From assembly GCA_965261395.1 (NCBI GenBank), contig OZ253462.1, positions 2,432,001 to 2,496,000 of the forward strand: 64,000 nt of DNA, read 5' to 3'. Positions 58,011 through 64,000 of this stretch are shown one piece after another; within the stretch, counting starts at the first letter, position 1; every line of letters begins with the position of its first letter. The translations under genes and the position numbers were made by a program. The notes beneath the pieces are model-generated. The model made no database searches, was not told the DNA's origin, and saw only the letters and a list, made by a program, of their open reading frames with translations. The DNA comes from Candidatus Latescibacterota bacterium. GTDB lineage: Bacteria > Latescibacterota > UBA2968 > UBA8231.

Positions 58011-59954
58011 GTGATTTGGCGCAGCGACAACTTCGGCGCAGCCGTCATCGGCATCGCGCTCATGGCCCTTTGGCCGCGCCTGACCTACTTGGATGAGGTC
58101 GAGCAAAGTCCCTTCTGGGAGGTACCGACAGCGGCGAGCCAACCCTACATTGAAGCCGCTAGAGGGCAGGAGAGCGCAGCGGCTGCCAGCCCCTTGTACC
58201 CGCTCTTTTTGCGCGGCCTCGTCGCCGCTGGGCTGGCACCCCGATACGTCCAAGTCCTGCTAGGCGCGGTCAGTTGCACGCTGTTGGCCCTAATCGGCCG
58301 CGCGCTCTGGGGGCCGGGTACGGGACTCGTCGCGGCTTTTTGCGCGGCTCTGTATGGACCGGCCATCTATTTCACCGGCGCTTTGCTGCCCCCGGTCCTC
58401 GCGGTATTTCTGGTGCTATTGCTGTTGGCGGCGCTCTTGTGGGCCGACCGACAGGCCGATGGGAAGGCATTTTTAGGGGTCGGGCTTTTGTTGGGGCTTT
58501 GCTTGCTGGCCGCGCCGCAAGTCGCGCTTTTCGCGCCGGCCGTGCTGTGGTGGCTGTGGATAGGAGGAAGGCCGCGGGCGTGTTGGGCCTGTGCGCTGGG
58601 GACGGCTGGTGCGATCGCGCTGTGGTACGTTGGGGGGGTTGCTACGAGTGCCGGCGGCTCGCCCGACTTCCTCGTGCGCGGCGGAGAGCACTTGCTCGCG
58701 TTGGATATGTACCACGCGCGCGGCGATTCAGCCGTCTTAGCGGTCCTGTTGTGGAAATGGGGCCTCGCCTTTCCCTTTGGCTTGGTTATGCCGCTGGCGC
58801 TATTGGGTGTGGGTTTTGCCTTGGCGGGTCGTGAGCGGGACACGTTGCTCGCCCTGCTGTTTGTCGCAACCGGCGCGGCCGGAACCGCACTCTACGGTGC
58901 CCATGCCGAGACGCGCATGGTGCTGGTACCCGTGCTCTTGCTTTTTGCGGTGGGTGGGGTCGGACAACTGGCGCGGTTGTCTTGGGCGCGGAGGGGAGGA
59001 GCCGTGGCGGGATTGGTCCTAATTGGGACGTTGGTCAATGCCAGTACGCCCGCCATAGACCGAGCGGCGCAAGCCTCGCAGCAGCGCTATTTGGGTCACG
59101 CCTATGCGGAGTTGGGTATGATAGCTACGGCGATCGCCGCGTACGAACAGGCCGTGGCCGCGGGCAGCCCCGACAAGGATGTGTATTGGGCCCTGGCGGT
59201 GCTCTACGACGCGAGCGGCAAACCCGAGCGGGCACTGGGGGTTAGCCGGGCATTCGTCGAGCGCTGGCCCGCAGACGAGCGCGGGCAGCGGGCACTCGGA
59301 GATCGCTACATGGCAGTGGGCCGTCCACAGGAAGCGCGCACCATCTACCAACAGCTCGTCGCAGACGGCGGGCAAGAGGGCCTACTCGGGCGCTTGGGGG
59401 ACGCGCAACTGACCAGCGGCGCACTCGACGAGGCCGTAGAATCCTACGAGCGGCTGCTAACTTTTAACCCGGATAGCAGCCGAGTGCGCTACCAACTGGC
59501 GCGCGCTTACGCTGCGGGCGGGAGGGTCGCAGACGCCGAGCGAGCCTATCGCCAGCTCCTAGACAGTCCGGTCTATGGGGTGCCGGCGCGGGTGGAAGCG
59601 GCCGCGCTCTTGCGGCACAATGGCCAGCCAGCAGCGGCCGAACCGCTGCTTTCGCAAGCCCTAGCGCTAGCACCAGACCACCGTGAGGTGCTGCTCCTTC
59701 TCGGCAAGGTGCTCTTAGAACTGAAGCGGCCCGGCGAGGCCCTACCCCATTGGCTGCATCTCGCCGAATTAGAGCCTCGTAATTGGCGGGTTCAAGGCCA
59801 TTTGAGCAGAGCTTATGGCCAGTTGGGACGGGACGCAGAGGCGCGGGACGCAGAGGCGCGCTATCAGCAGGAACGGCGACGCGCCCAGCTCCAGCAGCGG
59901 ATCGAGGTTGAGCAGAAGGCATTGGCGGAAAAAATTCGCGGGGAAAATTTATGA
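58011..59954 (+). CDS. GT-C/PMT-like membrane protein fused to TPR repeats
   Basis: PLYPLFL...QVLLG...AALYGPAIYF multi-TM half, then about seven TPR-like helix pairs (LGHAY..LG, LGDAQL..G, LARAY..GG). Confidence 0.7.
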   Translation: MIWRSDNFGAAVIGIALMALWPRLTYLDEVEQSPFWEVPTAASQPYIEAARGQESAAAASPLYPLFLRGLVAAGLAPRYVQVLLGAVSCTLLALIGRALWGPGTGLVAAFCAALYGPAIYFTGALLPPVLAVFLVLLLLAALLWADRQADGKAFLGVGLLLGLCLLAAPQVALFAPAVLWWLWIGGRPRACWACALGTAGAIALWYVGGVATSAGGSPDFLVRGGEHLLALDMYHARGDSAVLAVLLWKWGLAFPFGLVMPLALLGVGFALAGRERDTLLALLFVATGAAGTALYGAHAETRMVLVPVLLLFAVGGVGQLARLSWARRGGAVAGLVLIGTLVNASTPAIDRAAQASQQRYLGHAYAELGMIATAIAAYEQAVAAGSPDKDVYWALAVLYDASGKPERALGVSRAFVERWPADERGQRALGDRYMAVGRPQEARTIYQQLVADGGQEGLLGRLGDAQLTSGALDEAVESYERLLTFNPDSSRVRYQLARAYAAGGRVADAERAYRQLLDSPVYGVPARVEAAALLRHNGQPAAAEPLLSQALALAPDHREVLLLLGKVLLELKRPGEALPHWLHLAELEPRNWRVQGHLSRAYGQLGRDAEARDAEARYQQERRRAQLQQRIEVEQKALAEKIRGENL

Positions 59955-62020
59955 AGCGCTTGCTTCTCATAAGTGCAATGGTGCTTTTGCACGGCGGCGA
60001 TTCGCAGGGGCGTCAAGTATTGCTCGTCGGCCAAGACGGTCAGATTAGCTGGGAGGGGGAAGTAGCGGCCGGAGCCGCAGTGCAAACCATCGAGCCGGAG
60101 TACCGCTCCACCCTGGATCCCAACATCACCGAAATCGGCGTCGCGCCGGTCAATCTCGTCGATTTTGCCAGCGCGGATTTTCCCGCTAGCATCCTGCCCC
60201 GCCGCGTGCAAGAGGGTCAAAACCTCGCCGCTGAAATCGCCGAGCGCGGCGGCAGCATCCGCGCCCCGACCGTTTTCGACCTCGCCGAATCCCAGCTACA
60301 AAACATCCTCGCGCAGGTCGTGTCGCCCGACCCCACTGGCGGGGCCTTCGAGCGCAAGGGACGGGACGTGTTGGGCACCTTGCTCGTGCTCGATTTGGGC
60401 GCGCGTTTTGGCGTCAACCAAATCCGCTTCTTCCCGCGCAATACGGTCTTTCCGTCGCCATCGACGCCCTTTCAGGAGGATTTCCTCAAAAACTTCGAGT
60501 TGCAAGTCAACGACGGCCAAGTGTTGACCGAGGCAGGCAACCCCATATGGGAGACCTTTGCGGTGCGCACCAACAACACCGACCCGGTCGCCACCACCGA
60601 GATCGACCCGCCGCGCTTTTTGCGCTTTATCCGTCTGCGCGCCACCTCATCCATTCCCTTTGAGGTGGAGAAATTCCAAGTCTTCGGCGAGGGCTTCTTT
60701 CCCACCGTGCAGTACATTTCGCCGATCATCGACATGGGCAGCCCGGCCAATTGGGGGCGCTTGCGCTGGCTGGAGGAAACCGTCGGGCAGGCGAGCGCCG
60801 TGCAGATGCACATTCGCACCCGCAGCGGCAGCGATCCTTCGCCTTTCGCCTATACGCGCAAACGAGTAGGGCGACAAGACGCCGAGGAGATCGCATTCTC
60901 CGTCGATGATCTCGACCAGCCGCTCTTGCGCGACGAGTACCTCGACCTGCCGGCCAAGGGAGGCCCCAGCGATGTGTGGGAACGCGGCCCCGTGCGCGAC
61001 GACTTAGGCAATTGGAGCCCGTGGACCTCGCCCTACAACCCGATCGCAGGTACCAGCAGCGAGGGCGCGTTGGTCCTCTCACCTGGGCCGCGCCGCTACT
61101 TCCAGTTCCGGGTTGACTTCCAGTCCGACGACCTAGAGTCGGCCAAAATCCTGCGACAGCTTTCCTTTGACTTCACCACGCCGCCGTTGGCCGATGTCCT
61201 CGTCGGCGAGGTCTTTCCGCGCGAGGTGCCCGCAGCCGCGGATATTCCCTTTGTCTATGCCGTGCGCGCCGAGATGGAGAGCGGCGATTTGCAGGGCTTT
61301 GACGGATTCGAGCTGGTCACCGGTAGCCGGGTAGATCGCATCGAGCGCATTGAAATCATCGACGCGCAGGGCGAGTTCCTCCTAGCGCACGACTTTGCGG
61401 TGCAAGATGCAGTAGTCGACGAGGGCGATGTGGCCATCACCGCGATCGCGGAGCGCAGCTTTGAGGTGCGCTTCCCGAGAGTGGCAGCGCACAATACCGT
61501 GTTGAAGATCCACTTCGTCAGCCGCATCCTCTCGTACAGCACGGCCTTTGAGGGCCGGGGATTGCTGTTGCAGGAAGACGCCTTTCAGAGCGTCCAAGCC
61601 GGCGATGCCACCGCGCTGGACGAAGGCGACATCTCGTTTAAGTCGGGCACTACCGTCTTGAGCCCGGCCGTCAACAGCGGCAGCCTAGTGGGCAGCTTTG
61701 ACCTCGCCGCGTCCGTTATCACGCCCAATGGCGACGGCATCAACGACGTCTTGGATATGGAATGCGAAGTCCTCGCAGTCGGCGGCGCGGCACAGATTGC
61801 GGTCACTGTATACGACCTAGGGGGACGCCGGATGCGCCGCCTTTTCAACATCGAAGGACAGAGCGGCGTGTACAGCTCGGAAAATCTGACCCAACTGCGA
61901 TGGGACGGGAGCGACGATCAGGGTGCGAAAGTGGCCCCTGGCCTCTACCTAATCCAACTCAACATCGAAGGCGATGCGCGCGCGAGCGCCAGCACGCGCA
62001 CCGTCGGCGTGGCCTATTGA
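59951..62020 (+). CDS. Secreted discoidin-like/FlgD-Ig protein, '-VAY' family
   Basis: Signal peptide; LDLGARFGVNQIRFFPR, SPIIDMG, RTRSG, WSPWT, SPGPRRYFQ, GEVFP, ITPNGDGIND; ends VGVAY. Confidence 0.82.
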   Translation: MKRLLLISAMVLLHGGDSQGRQVLLVGQDGQISWEGEVAAGAAVQTIEPEYRSTLDPNITEIGVAPVNLVDFASADFPASILPRRVQEGQNLAAEIAERGGSIRAPTVFDLAESQLQNILAQVVSPDPTGGAFERKGRDVLGTLLVLDLGARFGVNQIRFFPRNTVFPSPSTPFQEDFLKNFELQVNDGQVLTEAGNPIWETFAVRTNNTDPVATTEIDPPRFLRFIRLRATSSIPFEVEKFQVFGEGFFPTVQYISPIIDMGSPANWGRLRWLEETVGQASAVQMHIRTRSGSDPSPFAYTRKRVGRQDAEEIAFSVDDLDQPLLRDEYLDLPAKGGPSDVWERGPVRDDLGNWSPWTSPYNPIAGTSSEGALVLSPGPRRYFQFRVDFQSDDLESAKILRQLSFDFTTPPLADVLVGEVFPREVPAAADIPFVYAVRAEMESGDLQGFDGFELVTGSRVDRIERIEIIDAQGEFLLAHDFAVQDAVVDEGDVAITAIAERSFEVRFPRVAAHNTVLKIHFVSRILSYSTAFEGRGLLLQEDAFQSVQAGDATALDEGDISFKSGTTVLSPAVNSGSLVGSFDLAASVITPNGDGINDVLDMECEVLAVGGAAQIAVTVYDLGGRRMRRLFNIEGQSGVYSSENLTQLRWDGSDDQGAKVAPGLYLIQLNIEGDARASASTRTVGVAY

Positions 62021-62033
62021 GGGAGAAAAGATC

Positions 62034-64000
62034 GTGTTAAAGCGAATGCTGTTGTTGAACGTAGTGCTCGTGGCTTGGGGCACCAACGCGGTTTGGGGCC
62101 GGGCCGAGTTTCACATCGGCGGGCCGACGGGCGCTTCTTGGCAGGGGCTGATCACCGACGAGCAGACCGAGTACATCCTTGTTGACGATCAAGGCGCGGT
62201 CTTGGGTACGCTTCCCATCGCCATCGGCGCAGAGGAAGCGGGCGTCGATACCATGATCGCCTACGACGACAACGCCATCCAGCCGATATGGGTTGATCCG
62301 TCGGTCAACCTCGCGTTAGACGTGAACTTGACCCCGCGCGGCGGCAACCTCTACACGAGCGTCTCCACCGGCTATACCCGCGAGGCGGCCAAAGAAGTAC
62401 AGGTGATGATCGACGGCGACCCGGAAACCGCGACCTTGCGCCAGGTCGATATCTCGCCGCGACTGGCCGGCCTCAATATCGGCTACGTAAAAAACACAGT
62501 CGTCAACTTGGGGGCCGAGATGCCGGTCAATCGCATCCGCTTCTATCCGCGCCCGGGCTTTGAGGAAAACTATCTGGCTTGGTACGAAATCGGCGTTGCC
62601 AACAACACCGCGCCTTTTATGTCCTCGCCCCAAGAGCGCTCACCGGGCAAGCGCTGGTACCGAGACATCACCCGCTCGCTCACCTCGACCAACGACCCGG
62701 AATTCGACATCCTAGAGCGCAACGTTGAAAACCTCGACCAAGTCGTGGATTTGAGCTTTACCACGCGCGACTTGCGCTGGGTCGCCATTCGCCCGATCAA
62801 CCCCGAGCGCACCTGGGAGATCGCCGAAATGGAGGTGTACGGCGAGGGCTTCGTCACCAAGACCACCTATCGCACGGGCGTGTTGGACTTTGGCCGCCCA
62901 GTGGCTTGGAGCAAGATCCGCTGGCAGGGCGAGGTGCCCGAGGGCACGCGGCTGGCATTGCGCACGCGCACCGGCACCACGCCACAGCCCAATTTATTCT
63001 GGAAAATCGGCAGCACCGGCAACTTTGAGCGGGTGTCCAAAGACGAGTACACCACGACCTACCAAGTGGGTCGGTTCAGCCATATCCAAGCGACGTACGA
63101 CGTGGACAACTGGAGCTTCTGGTCAACGCCCTACGACTTTGCGGCCGGGCTGCGCGACCCAGAGGCAGCGGGCTGGGAGGACGGAACGCCTCTCCTGTCA
63201 CCCGGACCTAGCCGCTACTTGCAGCTAGAAGTAGTCATGTTTTCGGACGGGAACAAAGCGCCCCGCATAGACGAAATATCCCTGCTGTTTGCCGAAGATC
63301 CCGCGGCCCAAAGCGTGATCGCCGAGATCTGGCCGGTTGAGACCGAGAATTTCGAGCCGCAGACCTTCACCTATGTGGTGCGGCCCGTGCTCGAGGACGG
63401 CGACCGGGGCTTCGACCGGCTGGAGATCTTCACCCAAGTCCCGGCCTCAGCCGTGCATTCAGTCGCGATCGATGGCCGGGAAATCATCGACAGCTTCCCG
63501 CCTAAATTAGAGGAAGACCGGATCGTCATTAGCTTTGAGCCATTTACCGCGCCGCGCGACAACGAGCGCCGCATCGAGGTCGTCTTCGACGCCAAGGTGC
63601 TGCGCTTTGGCGCAGAATTTACCGGTTGGGTTTACGACAGCACCGAGCCCGAGCTCAAGCAGCAAGTCCGACCCGGCAACGCGACCTTCCGCTTTGCCGG
63701 CGACGCCCTATCAGTGCGCACGCCCGTCGGCGGCGAACTGGTGCGAAAAGTCACCGCGCATCCCACGACGCTGACGCCCAATGGCGATGGGATCAACGAT
63801 CAGACCATGATTTCGTACGATCTGCGCAACATCGGCGCACCGCGCCAGATCGCCTTGCGGATTTTTGACCTGTCCGGCCGGCTGGTGCGCGAGGTGATCT
63901 CCACGCCAGCCGTCAGCGGCAGCTTTGCAGCGGCTTGGGATGGCCGCCGCACCGGAGGGGACTTAGTCGCCCCAGGCGTGTACCTCTACCAAGTTGATCT
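62034..64000 (+). CDS. Secreted discoidin-like/FlgD-Ig paralog, truncated by the window end (absent from the ORF track)
   Basis: GTG start after GGGAG; MLKRMLLLNVVLVAWG..., GVLDFG, RTRTG, WSFWS, SPGPSRYLQ, AEIWP, LTPNGDGIND, WDGR..GGDLVAPGVYLYQVD; same frame at both ends. Confidence 0.85.
   Translation, partial: MLKRMLLLNVVLVAWGTNAVWGRAEFHIGGPTGASWQGLITDEQTEYILVDDQGAVLGTLPIAIGAEEAGVDTMIAYDDNAIQPIWVDPSVNLALDVNLTPRGGNLYTSVSTGYTREAAKEVQVMIDGDPETATLRQVDISPRLAGLNIGYVKNTVVNLGAEMPVNRIRFYPRPGFEENYLAWYEIGVANNTAPFMSSPQERSPGKRWYRDITRSLTSTNDPEFDILERNVENLDQVVDLSFTTRDLRWVAIRPINPERTWEIAEMEVYGEGFVTKTTYRTGVLDFGRPVAWSKIRWQGEVPEGTRLALRTRTGTTPQPNLFWKIGSTGNFERVSKDEYTTTYQVGRFSHIQATYDVDNWSFWSTPYDFAAGLRDPEAAGWEDGTPLLSPGPSRYLQLEVVMFSDGNKAPRIDEISLLFAEDPAAQSVIAEIWPVETENFEPQTFTYVVRPVLEDGDRGFDRLEIFTQVPASAVHSVAIDGREIIDSFPPKLEEDRIVISFEPFTAPRDNERRIEVVFDAKVLRFGAEFTGWVYDSTEPELKQQVRPGNATFRFAGDALSVRTPVGGELVRKVTAHPTTLTPNGDGINDQTMISYDLRNIGAPRQIALRIFDLSGRLVREVISTPAVSGSFAAAWDGRRTGGDLVAPGVYLYQVD

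Noticed and set aside
59831-59860. 15-bp tandem duplication (DAEAR twice)
   Set aside because: Trivial in-frame slippage in a helical tail.

Overview
GC-rich bacterial chromosome segment with about 45 genes. I found no rRNA, tRNA, CRISPR array, integrase or transposase. The many secreted FlgD-Ig-domain proteins, PhyH dioxygenases, sulfatase and DUF6785-like transporter suggest a Latescibacterota/Poribacteria-like FCB-group organism (inference only). The backbone is carbohydrate and catabolic genes. Accessory cassettes are interspersed: (i) a Dam-type MTase + ParB-like + PD-(D/E)XK-like three-gene operon next to a vapB gene with a dead vapC; (ii) an AT-richer Upf1/YjhR-like SF1 helicase carrying about 590 aa of nested 36-aa/110-aa tandem repeats, followed by a RelE-type toxin-antitoxin pair; (iii) a stand-alone HEPN gene; (iv) a self-contained sigma54 module with a cytoplasmic beta-propeller/YYY-AAA+ activator, three dyad enhancer-like sites, a -24/-12 promoter and exported targets. 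Two accessory blocks are bracketed by diverged duplicates of the 5' end of the downstream gene. The last 13.4 kb is an operon of a PPIase lipoprotein, three paralogous discoidin/FlgD proteins (the two complete ones end in -VAY), a putative outer-membrane protein and a GT-C/TPR protein, possibly an undescribed envelope assembly system. All calls come from reading motifs by eye; no database searches were run.
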